Positions 50,830 through 62,200 of a stretch of DNA of 64,000 bases are shown piece by piece. Below the pieces are notes generated by a model, which saw only the letters and a program-made list of their open reading frames with translations, was not told the DNA's origin and made no database searches. Position 1 is the stretch's first letter. Every line of letters begins with the position of its first letter. Location of the stretch: NCBI GenBank assembly GCA_965209085.1, contig OZ242376.1:128001-192000 (forward strand). The letters run 5' to 3'. The DNA comes from Nitrosopumilaceae archaeon (GTDB lineage: Archaea; Thermoproteota; Nitrososphaeria; Nitrososphaerales; Nitrosopumilaceae). The position numbers were made by a program, and so were the translations under genes.

Positions 50830-51539
50830 GATTTACTTGTGGCAGAAGCTGGTTTTTTCTTTACAATAATCAAAATTATCACTATAATTCCGACCGCAGC
50901 TGTAACATAAAATGGAAACAGATGAAAAACGTTGTCGGCCGGATCGCCGGAGAGAAATTCAACCAAATATTCGCCGGAAACCATGGCAGGAGGATCGGTG
51001 GATCCTTCCATGCCGTGCACCGAATAGGATTCTATTCCAAATATGCCAATATCCAGATTGGTAATTATGATTCTCGCCCCGTTGTTTATCGTCATGCCTG
51101 CCCTTTCCGTATACGAAATGACTGTCTTTGCGCTTGGAACCCAGCCCCTTTCAAGTTTGTCGTGGACTACCACGTATTCCTCAGCTCCGGGTATCCGCAC
51201 GGCCACCCAAAGCTTGTTATCTTTTGGAGCTCCCATGCCAACCTCGATAAATTTATTTTCCACATTTTCATCGTACAGACGGATCACCGCGTTGCCGTTT
51301 GGATTTCCATACTGTAAATTATTGTCAATTGTAACCTGCCAGATGGTTTTGTGCACACTTGAGAGCTCTGTTACCTGTGCCTCTAACGAGACTCTGTTAA
51401 AATCCTGCCACTGTATGGGTAAAAGCTCCACTGTCATGGACGGATTTTTCATTTCCTGCTCTTGTGCACCGGCAGCACCAAACACGCCTGCCAAAGCCAG
51501 AAGCGATAGTGAAAATGCGGGCAGATATTTTGTATTCAC
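50826..51539 (-). CDS. Exported membrane-anchored hypothetical protein
   Basis: Signal peptide plus C-terminal TM followed by KKK. Confidence 0.7.
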   Translation of the reverse strand: MNTKYLPAFSLSLLALAGVFGAAGAQEQEMKNPSMTVELLPIQWQDFNRVSLEAQVTELSSVHKTIWQVTIDNNLQYGNPNGNAVIRLYDENVENKFIEVGMGAPKDNKLWVAVRIPGAEEYVVVHDKLERGWVPSAKTVISYTERAGMTINNGARIIITNLDIGIFGIESYSVHGMEGSTDPPAMVSGEYLVEFLSGDPADNVFHLFPFYVTAAVGIIVIILIIVKKKPASATSKS

Positions 51540-51546
51540 AGCAAAT

Positions 51547-53634
51547 CTACTTTTTCCAGATGAATTTATTGTATACGGTTTCGGGCATTAGATTTTTGAA
51601 TACGGGGCCGCCACCGTCATACCATTTTGTGAAATATTCGTACAGATGAAGCCTGAGGGACTGTATGTATACGATTAATCCCTCTATCATCATGATTCCA
51701 AGATTACCTCCTATTATCATGGCCATGGCAACGGGTGAGGATATGCCGCCAAGCGATACGAATGCATTGTTTACGGTGAGTAGCAGCGCCGCATGAACAA
51801 GCAGCATGATCCCTATTCGAGCATAGCTTACCGTGTGCGCAAGTGATTCAATTGTTTTTCCAAGCAGTGTTTCAATTATGACACTTGCCGGATCCGCCCC
51901 TTCTTCGGGATGTTTCTTTGCATGTTTTATGCCGCCGATGATCATTATCACTATTGAGGATATTGCCAGCACTATTGCAATTCTTGTTATTATCCAGACC
52001 TGTGCCCAGTCTCCGACCAGTACTGTCACCCACGGCACAGCTTCGGTGTGAACTCTGGAATACATGTTGATAACATCATAGCTTGATCCGATGGCACACA
52101 TCATTATCGCTATAATGCTAAGGTACAGTGTAATGTTTGGAATGTTCTCCAAATATGCGACAAGTTTGCGTCCTGCTTTTAGATTGCGTCTCACACGCAA
52201 AACCATCGCAGCTAACAGGTGCAAAATTCCCAAAAACAATGAAACCTTTAGTATGTTTATGACCTGTTCAAAGTTGAGCTCTGAGACGCTGATTGATCCG
52301 ACAATCCATGAGAATGAATGCAAAGCGCCTCCCTCGTGCAAAAGATCCTCAAACGGAGCTATGTGATCCAGATGAAATCCAAAAACCTCGCCGGTACCTG
52401 TTCCTGCTATGGCTGCGGCAGCTCCGGATATTGCAATCAGCATTCCCCAGCGCGCCATATTGCCCTGTCCTTTTACCTTGAATAGCAGTCCCAATCCCAT
52501 CAAAAGCAGTCCGTGTCCCAAATCGGCGAACATTATTCCGTAAAAGATGGGCCACATGATGGCAATCATCGGGGTCGGGTCAAGCTCGCCTTTTTTGGGG
52601 AATCCCTGGCTGTCGGTTATGGTCTCAAAGGTTCTTACAAATCTTGGATTGTCAAGTAATACGGGCTCTTCTGCATCCTTTGCCGGCTCTTCTGTAATTG
52701 CGGTCCACTTTGAGCAAATTTTCTTAAATTTCTCCTCCATCTTTACCGGTATGTAACCGCGTATTACGGCAAAACGTTTTGTTCCGCCAGGTTTGCGCAG
52801 ATGTTCTAGTACGTCTTTTGCCACAATGCATCTTTCATGCAGGGCAAGAATCTCTCCCCTGTTTTTCTTTGCAAAAGCTGCCGTCTGTTTTGCATTCTCC
52901 GCCTGTCTTTTCTCAAGTATTTTTATCTGCTTGACTGCCAGTGCATGCGCTTTGTTTGGCGCCTGGGGAAATTCAGAAGGAATTAAAATCGCAACAGCGT
53001 TTACACCGCGCATTATCCTGCCGATTTTATCGGCATCTTCTGCGGCTGCAACGACAATTACCGCCGCATGTGTTTTCAAATCAAGATCATACTTGTAAAG
53101 CGTAACGTCAGGCAGCGAGCGTGTTATCTCGCCAAACGATGATTCTTCTATTATGAAAAGATCCGAATAAAGATATTTTGTAGATTTGAAATCGTCAAGA
53201 TTAAAATCAAGTTTTTTTGCCAATACGGTGGTCTCCCTGAGGGCAATATGATTGTCCAAATCGCGCCGGATTGCATCCCCTGCGTCAAGACGTTTTCTGG
53301 CATCGTCTATCAGATTTGCCATGTTTTCTTCAAGATCTTTTATGACCGTCTCAATCTCATCGGTACTGTAGTTTTTCATTTTGATTACGGTTCCCTTGAA
53401 CATGATCTCAAGTATGCCGACTCTGAGGGGAATTCCAAGACCCCCTAGCACATTATCGGCACTCTGATGCAGCTTTTGTGCCCGAAGCAGCAAATCGTCA
53501 ATTTCCGGCGTAACAGTCTCATTATCAGAATCGATCTTGTGAAACCATCCAAATTCCGCTAGCCGAGATATAACTTCCGGAGAGTCAGAACGGGGAAGGA
53601 TAATCGTGCCAAGTTTAAGTTTAGCAACACCCAA
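51547..53634 (-). CDS. atpI: A/V-type ATP synthase subunit I
   Basis: DPTP, FYGIMFADLGHG, TVSYARI, QSLRLHLYEYF; TTG start 53634. Confidence 0.95.
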   Translation of the reverse strand: MGVAKLKLGTIILPRSDSPEVISRLAEFGWFHKIDSDNETVTPEIDDLLLRAQKLHQSADNVLGGLGIPLRVGILEIMFKGTVIKMKNYSTDEIETVIKDLEENMANLIDDARKRLDAGDAIRRDLDNHIALRETTVLAKKLDFNLDDFKSTKYLYSDLFIIEESSFGEITRSLPDVTLYKYDLDLKTHAAVIVVAAAEDADKIGRIMRGVNAVAILIPSEFPQAPNKAHALAVKQIKILEKRQAENAKQTAAFAKKNRGEILALHERCIVAKDVLEHLRKPGGTKRFAVIRGYIPVKMEEKFKKICSKWTAITEEPAKDAEEPVLLDNPRFVRTFETITDSQGFPKKGELDPTPMIAIMWPIFYGIMFADLGHGLLLMGLGLLFKVKGQGNMARWGMLIAISGAAAAIAGTGTGEVFGFHLDHIAPFEDLLHEGGALHSFSWIVGSISVSELNFEQVINILKVSLFLGILHLLAAMVLRVRRNLKAGRKLVAYLENIPNITLYLSIIAIMMCAIGSSYDVINMYSRVHTEAVPWVTVLVGDWAQVWIITRIAIVLAISSIVIMIIGGIKHAKKHPEEGADPASVIIETLLGKTIESLAHTVSYARIGIMLLVHAALLLTVNNAFVSLGGISSPVAMAMIIGGNLGIMMIEGLIVYIQSLRLHLYEYFTKWYDGGGPVFKNLMPETVYNKFIWKK

Positions 53635-53782
53635 GTTATGACTACGATCTGTGCGTAATATATTATCCTTGTCCAATTTGCCGTTTTTCCCTGTAAAACT
53701 ACAGGTTTCCATAAAACCTTCAATCACGGATCAAATCCGCGTCTAAACATTAAAATTCATTATTACGGGCACGGCGGTCATA

Positions 53783-54370
53783 ATGTCTAAAAATGTGGGA
53801 TTAGATGGTACTATTGATAAAATATTGACAAAAACCGAGAACGGTATTGTCTCAGAACTGGACACGATTCTACAGGATGCAAAATCCTCGCTACAAAGCT
53901 CTAAAACTTTGATGGAATCCGAATATGATGCCATTATAGACCACGGCAAAAAAGAGGCCGAAAAGATCGAAAAACAAATCATTGGAAGCTCCAATTTGGA
54001 AGCTAGAAACAAACAGATCATGCTTGTAGAGGATGCAATATCGTCAGTATTTGAACAAGCATTGGACAAACTGCGCTCTTCAAAAACCGATCCTACTCTT
54101 TTAAAATCGCTTATAAAACAGGCTACGGATACGTTGGGAACAACAAAGGTTACAATTTCTGCAAATTCAAATGATGCCGACTCTGTAAAATCAGCTCTTT
54201 CAGATTTTACCGGATCACAACTTGATTCAAAACCAATAGAATGTCTTGGAGGAATAATCGCGCAATCATCTGACGGTAACATGACATTTGATAATACGTT
54301 AGATGCCCGTCTTGATCGGTTGAAGCCTTTAATAAGGAAGCATGTGGCATTAAAATTCGGACTAGAATAA
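53783..54370 (+). CDS. atpE: A/V-type ATP synthase subunit E
   Basis: Coiled coil plus LGGII...FDNTLDARL. Confidence 0.92.
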   Translation: MSKNVGLDGTIDKILTKTENGIVSELDTILQDAKSSLQSSKTLMESEYDAIIDHGKKEAEKIEKQIIGSSNLEARNKQIMLVEDAISSVFEQALDKLRSSKTDPTLLKSLIKQATDTLGTTKVTISANSNDADSVKSALSDFTGSQLDSKPIECLGGIIAQSSDGNMTFDNTLDARLDRLKPLIRKHVALKFGLE

Positions 54371-54371
54371 T

Positions 54372-56150
54372 ATGGTAGCAAAAGGTAGCATAGTTTGGAT
54401 TAGTGGACCTGCGGTTAGAGCTAACGGTATGTCAGAAGCTAAAATGTATGAAACAGTAAGCGTGGGCAATGCAAAACTCATCGGTGAAATCATACGGCTG
54501 ACCGGCGATGTGGCATTTATCCAGGTATACGAGTCAACCAGCGGTCTAAAACCTGGAGAACCGGTGATTGGAACGGGCAATCCGCTCAGTGTCATGCTAG
54601 GACCTGGAATCATAGGTCAGATATATGATGGAATACAAAGACCGCTCAAAGAGCTCTCAAAAAAATCCGGCTCTTATATCGGCAAAGGAATTACAACCAG
54701 TCCAATTGACATGTCAAAAAAATACCACTTTGTCCCAAGCGTCAAAGTAGGAGATACGGTTGAACCCGGTTCTGTTATCGGAGTTGTAAAAGAAACCGAT
54801 CTTATTGATCACAGCATCATGATTCCGCCGAATAATTCTGGTGGAAAAATTACGGAAATTATTTCAGAAGGTGACTATAATTTGGAGACGGATATGGCTT
54901 TTGTGGAAAAAGATGGCAACAAAGTTGTCGTAAAAATGTACCACAAATGGCCTGTAAGACATCCGCGTCCCTACAAAAACAGGCACGAGCCTACCATTCC
55001 ACTGCTTACGGGTCAGCGAGTTATAGACACATTTTTCCCAATTGCCAAAGGCGGAACAGGATCGATACCTGGCGCATTTGGGACGGGCAAAACCGTCACA
55101 CTGCACCAGATTGCAAAATGGGCCGACTCACAGGTGGTGGTATACATTGGATGTGGAGAACGCGGCAACGAGATGACAGAAGTGCTGGTGGAATTCCCAC
55201 ACCTCAAAGATCCCCGCACTGGCAAACCTCTGATGGACAGAACCATACTGGTTGCAAATACCAGCAACATGCCAGTAGCTGCCAGAGAAGCCAGTATTTA
55301 CACTGGAGTTACAATTGCAGAATATTATCGCGACATGGGCAAAGACGTGGTATTGGTTGCTGATTCTACCAGCAGATGGGCTGAAGCGCTCAGAGAGATG
55401 AGCGGCAGACTTGAAGAAATGCCTGCAGAAGAGGGATACCCTTCCTATCTTGCATCCCGTTTGGCAGAATTTTATGAAAGAGCGGGCCGGGTGCGCGCAC
55501 TGGGCAGTCCTGACAGGGATGGTTCTGTAACATTGGTGGGTGCTGTCTCACCGTCGGGAGGGGACTTTACCGAACCGGTTACAACACATACGATGAGATT
55601 CATAAAGACATTTTGGGCGCTTGATGCAAAGCTTGCATATTCTCGACACTATCCATCGATAAACTGGATGAACAGCTATTCTGGATATTTGGCTGATATT
55701 GCAAAATGGTGGAATGAAAACATTGACAAAAACTGGCTTGAAACAAGAAACGAGGCGTATAGCATTCTGCAAAGAGAAGATACTCTAAAAGAAATAGTCA
55801 GACTGCTTGGTCCAGAAGCCCTTCCTGACGAGGAAAAACTGATACTCGAGGTGGCCCGCATGACAAAGATCGGACTGTTGCAGCAAAATTCATTTGATGA
55901 TGTTGACACTTACTGCAGTCCTGAAAAACAATACAAACTGCTAAAACTTTTAGTGGAATTTTATAGACGCGGTCAGCAGGCGCTAAAAGACGGCGTGGAA
56001 CTTGATCTGATCAAAAAATTGGACGTCATACCGGTACTGCTTAAAGCCAGAATGGAGATCAAAGACGACGAGATATCCAAACTTGTGGATATTGAAAAAT
56101 CAATGGACGAGCAGTTCAAAAACATAAGCGGAGCAAAGGTTAAAAATTGA
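54372..56150 (+). CDS. atpA: A/V-type ATP synthase subunit A
   Basis: [23 protein letters not shown]; no intein. Confidence 0.97.
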   Translation: MVAKGSIVWISGPAVRANGMSEAKMYETVSVGNAKLIGEIIRLTGDVAFIQVYESTSGLKPGEPVIGTGNPLSVMLGPGIIGQIYDGIQRPLKELSKKSGSYIGKGITTSPIDMSKKYHFVPSVKVGDTVEPGSVIGVVKETDLIDHSIMIPPNNSGGKITEIISEGDYNLETDMAFVEKDGNKVVVKMYHKWPVRHPRPYKNRHEPTIPLLTGQRVIDTFFPIAKGGTGSIPGAFGTGKTVTLHQIAKWADSQVVVYIGCGERGNEMTEVLVEFPHLKDPRTGKPLMDRTILVANTSNMPVAAREASIYTGVTIAEYYRDMGKDVVLVADSTSRWAEALREMSGRLEEMPAEEGYPSYLASRLAEFYERAGRVRALGSPDRDGSVTLVGAVSPSGGDFTEPVTTHTMRFIKTFWALDAKLAYSRHYPSINWMNSYSGYLADIAKWWNENIDKNWLETRNEAYSILQREDTLKEIVRLLGPEALPDEEKLILEVARMTKIGLLQQNSFDDVDTYCSPEKQYKLLKLLVEFYRRGQQALKDGVELDLIKKLDVIPVLLKARMEIKDDEISKLVDIEKSMDEQFKNISGAKVKN

Positions 56151-57529
56151 GCGCCGGCGGAATAAAGTACAGCAATGTCGTAGAGATTAAAGGTCCTCTG
56201 ATCATAGTGGACGGAGTCGAAAGTGCAGCTTTTGATGAGCTAGTTGAAATTGAGACCACCGACGGCGAACACAGACTGGGCAAAGTACTTGAGATAGGCA
56301 ACGGCAAGGCAATAGTTCAGGTATTTGAGGGAACTACAGGTCTTTCCATAGCGGGAACCAGTGCAAAATTCGTGGGCAAAGTCATGGAGATGCCGGTTTC
56401 AAAAGAGATACTCGGCCGCGTTTTTGACGGTCTTGGACGTCCAAAAGACGGTCTGCCAGAACCAATTGCGGACAAATTTATCGATATAAACGGGGAAACA
56501 ATGAATCCAGAACAGCGTGAATATCCAAAAGACTTTATCCAAACCGGCATCTCAGTCATCGATGGAATGATGACGCTGGTTCGCGGACAAAAACTTCCCA
56601 TATTTTCCGGCTCTGGCATGTCGCATAACATACTGGCAGCACAAATTGCACGTCAGGCCAGTGTGGCGGGAACCAATGAGGATTTTGCCGTCGTGTTTGC
56701 CGCAATCGGAGTGCAGTACAGTGAATCCGAATATTTTAGAAAAAGTTTGGAGGAATCAGGTGCGCTAAAAAGAAGCGTTTTGTTTCTAAACCTTGCAGAC
56801 GATCCGGCAATAGAGAGAATAATCACCCCGCGCGTGGCACTTACCGTTGCAGAATATCTTGCATTTGAGCTTGGAATGCACGTACTGGTAATTTTAACAG
56901 ACATGACAAATTATGCAGAGGCATTAAGGGAGATTAGCGCAGCAAGAGAAGAGGTTCCTGGACGCAAAGGATATCCTGGATACCTGTATACGGATCTTTC
57001 AACCATATACGAGAGAGCCGGCAGGCTTGTTGGTAAAAAAGGCAGCGTTACGCAGGTTCCGATACTTACAATGCCCTCCGATGACATTACGCATCCCATA
57101 CCGGATCTTACAGGATACATTACAGAGGGGCAGATTGTACTTGGCCGTGACCTGTTCAGACAGGGAGTATATCCTCCGGTTAACATACTGATGAGTCTGA
57201 GCAGACTGATGAAAGACGGCATAGGGGAGGGGAGCACCCGTGCTGACCACCAGGAAATCTCAAACCAAAATTATGATTCATACTCCCGCGCACAAGAAGT
57301 GCGCGCACTGGCCGGCATTGTCGGCAAAGCCGGCCTCACCGACATTGATCTAAAATACATGGCTGCGGGGGATTTATTTGAGAAAAAATTCCTTACCCAG
57401 GCCCTTGATGAAAACCGCACCATAGAGGAAACACTTGGAATTTTATGGGATACGGCATCAAAACTTCCGCGCTCTGAGCTTACCAAAATAAAAGACAAAC
57501 ATATTGACAAATTTTTCAAGGGTGATTGA
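56147..57529 (+). CDS. atpB: A/V-type ATP synthase subunit B
   Basis: [33 protein letters not shown]. Confidence 0.97.
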   Translation: MSAGGIKYSNVVEIKGPLIIVDGVESAAFDELVEIETTDGEHRLGKVLEIGNGKAIVQVFEGTTGLSIAGTSAKFVGKVMEMPVSKEILGRVFDGLGRPKDGLPEPIADKFIDINGETMNPEQREYPKDFIQTGISVIDGMMTLVRGQKLPIFSGSGMSHNILAAQIARQASVAGTNEDFAVVFAAIGVQYSESEYFRKSLEESGALKRSVLFLNLADDPAIERIITPRVALTVAEYLAFELGMHVLVILTDMTNYAEALREISAAREEVPGRKGYPGYLYTDLSTIYERAGRLVGKKGSVTQVPILTMPSDDITHPIPDLTGYITEGQIVLGRDLFRQGVYPPVNILMSLSRLMKDGIGEGSTRADHQEISNQNYDSYSRAQEVRALAGIVGKAGLTDIDLKYMAAGDLFEKKFLTQALDENRTIEETLGILWDTASKLPRSELTKIKDKHIDKFFKGD

Positions 57530-57532
57530 TAC

Positions 57533-58165
57533 GTGTCTTTTGGTCAAAACGTTGCAACTACAAAAATTGAACTGTTAAAATATAAACGCTCAAAACAAAT
57601 TGCCGCCATGGTTCAACAAATTCTTGACGACAAACGCAAGATATTGCTTAAAAATATAGAAGAGATGATGATCGAAGCTGACAAAGCCCGCGGAGGCATA
57701 TGGGATCCGTTACAGGATATTTATAAATCAGTAAAAGAGGCATATCTTGCCTTGGGGATTAATACTGTGGATACTGTGGCCCAGTCGACTCCGGCGGTGA
57801 TAAACATGGAAATAACTACAAGGCGCATCGTGGATGTAAAAATACCCACTATGACAGTTATCGAAAAAGATACAAAGAGCATCCCTTATGGTTTTGGAGA
57901 TACAAACTCGTCAATAGACATAGCCGCCAAACAGATCAAAACCTTGTTGCCCCACATATGCAAGGCAGCAGAGTATGAAAATTCCATATTTAGACTCGCA
58001 AAAGCGTTAGAAAAGACACAAAAACTGCTAAATGCCCTTGAAAATGTGATAATTCCGCAGTATCAGCAGAGAATAAAATTCATTTTGGGTACCCTTGAAG
58101 AGCGTGAACGCGAAGAATTCGCAAAGTTAAAAAAAGTAAAGGCAGCCATGGAGAAACGAAAGTAA
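57533..58165 (+). CDS. atpD: A/V-type ATP synthase subunit D
   Basis: TKIELL, NALENVIIP, LEEREREEF. Confidence 0.95.
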   Translation: MSFGQNVATTKIELLKYKRSKQIAAMVQQILDDKRKILLKNIEEMMIEADKARGGIWDPLQDIYKSVKEAYLALGINTVDTVAQSTPAVINMEITTRRIVDVKIPTMTVIEKDTKSIPYGFGDTNSSIDIAAKQIKTLLPHICKAAEYENSIFRLAKALEKTQKLLNALENVIIPQYQQRIKFILGTLEEREREEFAKLKKVKAAMEKRK

Positions 58166-58299
58166 TGGCAAAAGAAGAAATTGAAAAAATGTTGAATGAT
58201 TCCTCGGCAATCATAGATAAAGCTCACACCGAATTCCTAAAATCAGTTAAAGCTAGTCTGCAAAAATACAAATCCGAGACGCTTGCAAAGACCAACTAG
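58165..58299 (+). CDS. 44-aa helical protein within ATP synthase operon
   Basis: TAATG overlap with atpD; MAKEEIEKMLNDSSAIIDKAHTEFLKSVKASLQKYKSETLAKTN. Confidence 0.7.
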   Translation: MAKEEIEKMLNDSSAIIDKAHTEFLKSVKASLQKYKSETLAKTN

Positions 58300-58336
58300 A
58301 CTTTAAGCTTTAAATAAGGAATATTCGACACACAAT

Positions 58337-58648
58337 TTGAATATGCGAAAAACAGTTTTGGTATTTATTACAGCCGCAATACTTGCTAGCTTTACACTTA
58401 TTGGAACAGCATATGCGCACGAGACATCAAATCCCTCAGACGGCTACAAATTCCTGAGTGCGGGTTTGGCTTTTGGTTTGGCAGCTTTGGGTGCTAGCAT
58501 TGGTTTGGGATACGTGGGATCCGCCGGTCTTGCAGTCATTAGTGAAAATCCTGCACTCCAGTCAAGGGTATTCATATTCATTGGAATGGTTGAATCCATA
58601 GCCATATACGGCATCGTCATGATGTTTATCCTGCTAGGACAATCATAG
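58337..58648 (+). CDS. atpK: A/V-type ATP synthase subunit K (c-ring proteolipid)
   Basis: AGLAFGLAALGASIG, GMVESIAIYG with ion-binding Glu; extra N-terminal signal-like helix. Confidence 0.93.
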   Translation: MNMRKTVLVFITAAILASFTLIGTAYAHETSNPSDGYKFLSAGLAFGLAALGASIGLGYVGSAGLAVISENPALQSRVFIFIGMVESIAIYGIVMMFILLGQS

Positions 58649-58739
58649 GCACTTTTTACTCTTTTTGATCGTATTATACACCCCTGATTGTACCTTGTCG
58701 CATAAACGCTAAATATGAAATTATATAGCATAAAACATC

Positions 58740-59495
58740 ATGTTTCCACTGCGCGATGAAAATCCACACCCTCCGGGTTTTAAACCAAAACTTACCATTG
58801 CACTTATTATAATAAACGTCATGGTATTTTTTTACGAGGCAATCTATACGGGACAGCTTTTGGAATTTACAAACGGCGCTGCAGCAAGACTCTTTTACGA
58901 ATGGGGCGCTGTTCCATCCTGTCTTGTATACGGAGCACTTCCTTCACAGTTCCCATTTAACTGTCCGCCCGCGCCACAAATCTCGCTTGTAACTTCGATA
59001 TTTTTACACGGAGGTCTGATGCATCTTGGAGGAAACATGCTGTTTTTGTGGATATTCGGCGACAACATTGAACACAAGTTTGGCCGCAATAAATTTTTCA
59101 TCATATACATGGCATGGGGAATTGTAGCGGGTCTGGCACACGTGGCAGTGGATCCTGCAAGCACAATTCCGGCAGTGGGAGCTTCTGGCGCGATATCAGG
59201 AGTGCTTGGAGCATACCTTGCATTATTTCCCCGTGCAAAAATACACACATTTTTGATGCTTGGATTCATTTGGAGAATGATACGCATAGAGGCAAGATGG
59301 TATCTGCCTTTTTGGTTTGTGTTTCAAAACATTCTGCCGTTTGTTATAGGCGGATTTGGAACCGCCGGAGGAGGCGTGGCGTTTATGGCACATATCGGAG
59401 GTTTTGCCGCCGGATATGCGGTGGGATTTGCGTACAAGAAAATGCATGCTCAGAATTCCACATACGGCACACGATACGGCTGGCGCGGCGATTAG
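58740..59495 (+). CDS. Rhomboid intramembrane serine protease
   Basis: HLGGNM, GASGAISG, AHIGG. Confidence 0.95.
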   Translation: MFPLRDENPHPPGFKPKLTIALIIINVMVFFYEAIYTGQLLEFTNGAAARLFYEWGAVPSCLVYGALPSQFPFNCPPAPQISLVTSIFLHGGLMHLGGNMLFLWIFGDNIEHKFGRNKFFIIYMAWGIVAGLAHVAVDPASTIPAVGASGAISGVLGAYLALFPRAKIHTFLMLGFIWRMIRIEARWYLPFWFVFQNILPFVIGGFGTAGGGVAFMAHIGGFAAGYAVGFAYKKMHAQNSTYGTRYGWRGD

Positions 59496-59526
59496 GGTTA
59501 AATTCCAGGAAAGGTTTGGAGAATGC

Positions 59527-59703
59527 ATGCCGTTGATCAAGGTATCAATGTATCCGGGCAGAAGCGAAAAACAAAAGAAAGATTTTGCAGAATCTGTTAC
59601 AAACTCTGCCGTGGAAATATTGGGAACAAAAAAAGAACACGTTATAGTGGTTTTTGAAGAAAATCCCTCAGAGAACTGGTTTTTAGCCGGAACCCGGCTC
59701 TGA
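59527..59703 (+). CDS. 4-oxalocrotonate tautomerase family protein
   Basis: N-terminal Pro (MPLIKV), GRSEKQK. Confidence 0.9.
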   Translation: MPLIKVSMYPGRSEKQKKDFAESVTNSAVEILGTKKEHVIVVFEENPSENWFLAGTRL

Positions 59704-59737
59704 TTATCTTTTTATTTTTGTATGTGCAGGCACATTT

Positions 59738-60550
59738 GTGTCCAAAGTAGCGGTCGTACAGTTTCAGGCATCGACTGATAAAAGCGGGAATCTTAAACGC
59801 ATTGTCCGGTATGTAAAACAGGCATCCGGACGCGGTGCTGACCTGGTGGCATTTCCGGAATTTATGATGTTTTACTCGCAAAGCTCGCAGACTGCTGTCG
59901 AGCTTGCCTCAAAAGCTGAGAGCACCGGAGGAAATTTCCTTGCCACCATTGCAAAAGCTGCGCGCGATAATTCGATAGAAGTTGCAGGATCGTTTTATGA
60001 AAAAGTTCCCGGCAGAAAAAACCGCGTATATGATACCGCGTTTTTACTTTCAAAAACTGGTGCCATGACGTCAAAATACCGCAAGGTGCATTTGTATGAT
60101 GCTTTGGGTTTTCGCGAATCTGCAAAGCTTGCCGCAGGATCATCCATGACAAAACCTGTCAAATCCGCACTGGGAAAGATGGGAATGATGGTGTGCTATG
60201 ATTTACGGTTTCCAGAGATGGCGCGTTCCATAGCTTCTGCTGGCTGCCAGATAATTATTGCCCCGTCCGCATGGGTAAAAGGAAAATCAAAAGAAGAGCA
60301 CTGGATTACATTAAACCGTGCAAGAGCAATAGAGAACGGCTGTTACGTAATCTCGCCGGATCATGTGGGGAATATTTACTGTGGCAGAAGTCTTGTAGTG
60401 GATCCTTTTGGAAAAATTTTATTGGACATGAAAAAACGTCAGGGAATCGGCATGGCTGAAATATCGCTAAATCTGGTAAAAGAAACGCGAAAAGTCATGC
60501 CGCTTTTAAAAAACAGAAGAACCGATCTGTATCCGGATATGCGCCTCTAA
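59738..60550 (+). CDS. Carbon-nitrogen hydrolase (Nit1-like)
   Basis: FPE, YRKVHLYD, VCYDLRFPE. Confidence 0.93.
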   Translation: MSKVAVVQFQASTDKSGNLKRIVRYVKQASGRGADLVAFPEFMMFYSQSSQTAVELASKAESTGGNFLATIAKAARDNSIEVAGSFYEKVPGRKNRVYDTAFLLSKTGAMTSKYRKVHLYDALGFRESAKLAAGSSMTKPVKSALGKMGMMVCYDLRFPEMARSIASAGCQIIIAPSAWVKGKSKEEHWITLNRARAIENGCYVISPDHVGNIYCGRSLVVDPFGKILLDMKKRQGIGMAEISLNLVKETRKVMPLLKNRRTDLYPDMRL

Positions 60551-60981
60551 TCTGCCCTGGTGGGGCAGTTTTGATTGGGACACTGCCTGCTCCATTTTTG
60601 TTTTCTTGAATACCGGAAAATGATGATGGGCCAGCCGCATTCACTGCATGCCTGTTTGAGTGCGCGCAGACGCGCCCGCTGTAGCAGGGGAGCCGTTGCC
60701 GAACATCCTCCTGAATAATTTGTGCATCCAAGAAACCTTTTCCGGGTTTTTGGCGAACGGACGACTAGTATGTGGCCAAATTTGCATTCCGGACATTGAA
60801 CAAGGCAGCCTTTTGGCGAGCTCGTACCCAATATTACATATTTTTTTTTGGCAATGGACCATGAAAGATATCCGTTTGAATCATAGCATTGCTCAATCTC
60901 TTCCCTGAATGCAAGTATTCTTGCCCGAGTTACCCTTATCGAGTGGCGCTGGACTAGTACTGTTTTTTGTTTGTGTACCAT
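60547..60981 (-). CDS. Topoisomerase C4 zinc-ribbon domain protein
   Basis: CPECK...RFLGCTNY..C, CSECG, CPNQNC; start ATG 60981. Confidence 0.8.
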   Translation of the reverse strand: MVHKQKTVLVQRHSIRVTRARILAFREEIEQCYDSNGYLSWSIAKKKYVILGTSSPKGCLVQCPECKFGHILVVRSPKTRKRFLGCTNYSGGCSATAPLLQRARLRALKQACSECGWPIIIFRYSRKQKWSRQCPNQNCPTRAD

Positions 60982-61042
60982 ACATTTGTGTACACGATAC
61001 GCCAATAAAACGATTTTATATGGATGTGAAATATTTTCATTT

Positions 61043-62197
61043 GTGGAAAACGTCTGCGTACTGGGAGCTGGCAGCACAAAATACGGCAAATTACAAGAAA
61101 GTCTTTCTGATATAACGGTGCAGGCATCAGTTGCCGCAATAAAGAGCGCGGGAATAGATCCAAAAGAAATTGGAGCCGGATACATTTCAAACGTTTTTGG
61201 CATAGCCGACAAACAGGTTCACCTAGGTCCTGTAATTATGAGCAATCTTGGAATTCCGGAAAAACCGTCCCTCACGATAGAATCCGCATGCGGCAGTGGT
61301 TCAGTATCGTTTAGAGAGGCGTTTGCAAACGTGGCTGCGGGATTTTACGACGCCGTACTGGTCACCGGCACGGAAAAAGTCACGCACACGGGCACGGAAT
61401 GGACCACGACATATTTTTCATATTGTTCTGATTTCTTTTATGAAGGACAAGCGGGAGCCTCGTTTCCGGGACTGTTTGCCTCCATGGCTAGGGCATACCT
61501 TGATGAATTTGACGCGACAGAGGAGGACTTTGCCCACGTGGCAGTTAAAAACCACGAGAACGGAATATTAAACCCAAAGGCACATCTGCAGAAAAAAATT
61601 ACCATCGATGACGTTTTACAATCCGCCGTTGTTGCAAGTCCGTTAAAATTATACGATTGCTGCCCATTCTCTGACGGTGCAAGCTCAGTCATACTGTGCA
61701 ACGAAAAATTTGCCAAAGAACACGGAGGAGATTATGTGCAGGTTATAGGTTCAGGACGCGGCGGCTCTCCGGCGGCATTGCAGGGGCGCGAACACATGAC
61801 CACCATACCAAGTACAAAATCCGCTGCAGAAGCGGCATACAAAATGGCGGGCATTACTCCAAAGGATGTTGATTTTGCCGAAGTGCATGACTGCTTTACC
61901 GTTGCAGAGGTTGTGGATACAGAAGATTTGGGATTTTTCGACAAAGGCACTGGAGCTAAAGCTGCAAGAGAAGGATTAACCCGCCTTAACAGCGAGATTT
62001 CAATAAACCCGTCAGGCGGATTAAAGTCAAAAGGTCATCCAATAGGTGCCACCGGCGTAGGCCAGATTGTGGAAGTTTATGATCAGCTGACCGGCGCTGC
62101 AGGTAGACGCACGGTAAACGATGCCAAAATAGGATTGACACATAACTTTGGCGCCACCGGAGCCAGCTGCGCTGTGCATATATTCAAGAGTGTGTAA
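61043..62197 (+). CDS. Archaeal thiolase (acetyl-CoA C-acyltransferase)
   Basis: ESACGSG, EVHDCFT, NPSGGLKSKGHPIGATG, HNFG; start GTG 61043. Confidence 0.93.
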   Translation: MENVCVLGAGSTKYGKLQESLSDITVQASVAAIKSAGIDPKEIGAGYISNVFGIADKQVHLGPVIMSNLGIPEKPSLTIESACGSGSVSFREAFANVAAGFYDAVLVTGTEKVTHTGTEWTTTYFSYCSDFFYEGQAGASFPGLFASMARAYLDEFDATEEDFAHVAVKNHENGILNPKAHLQKKITIDDVLQSAVVASPLKLYDCCPFSDGASSVILCNEKFAKEHGGDYVQVIGSGRGGSPAALQGREHMTTIPSTKSAAEAAYKMAGITPKDVDFAEVHDCFTVAEVVDTEDLGFFDKGTGAKAAREGLTRLNSEISINPSGGLKSKGHPIGATGVGQIVEVYDQLTGAAGRRTVNDAKIGLTHNFGATGASCAVHIFKSV

Positions 62198-62200
62198 AAA

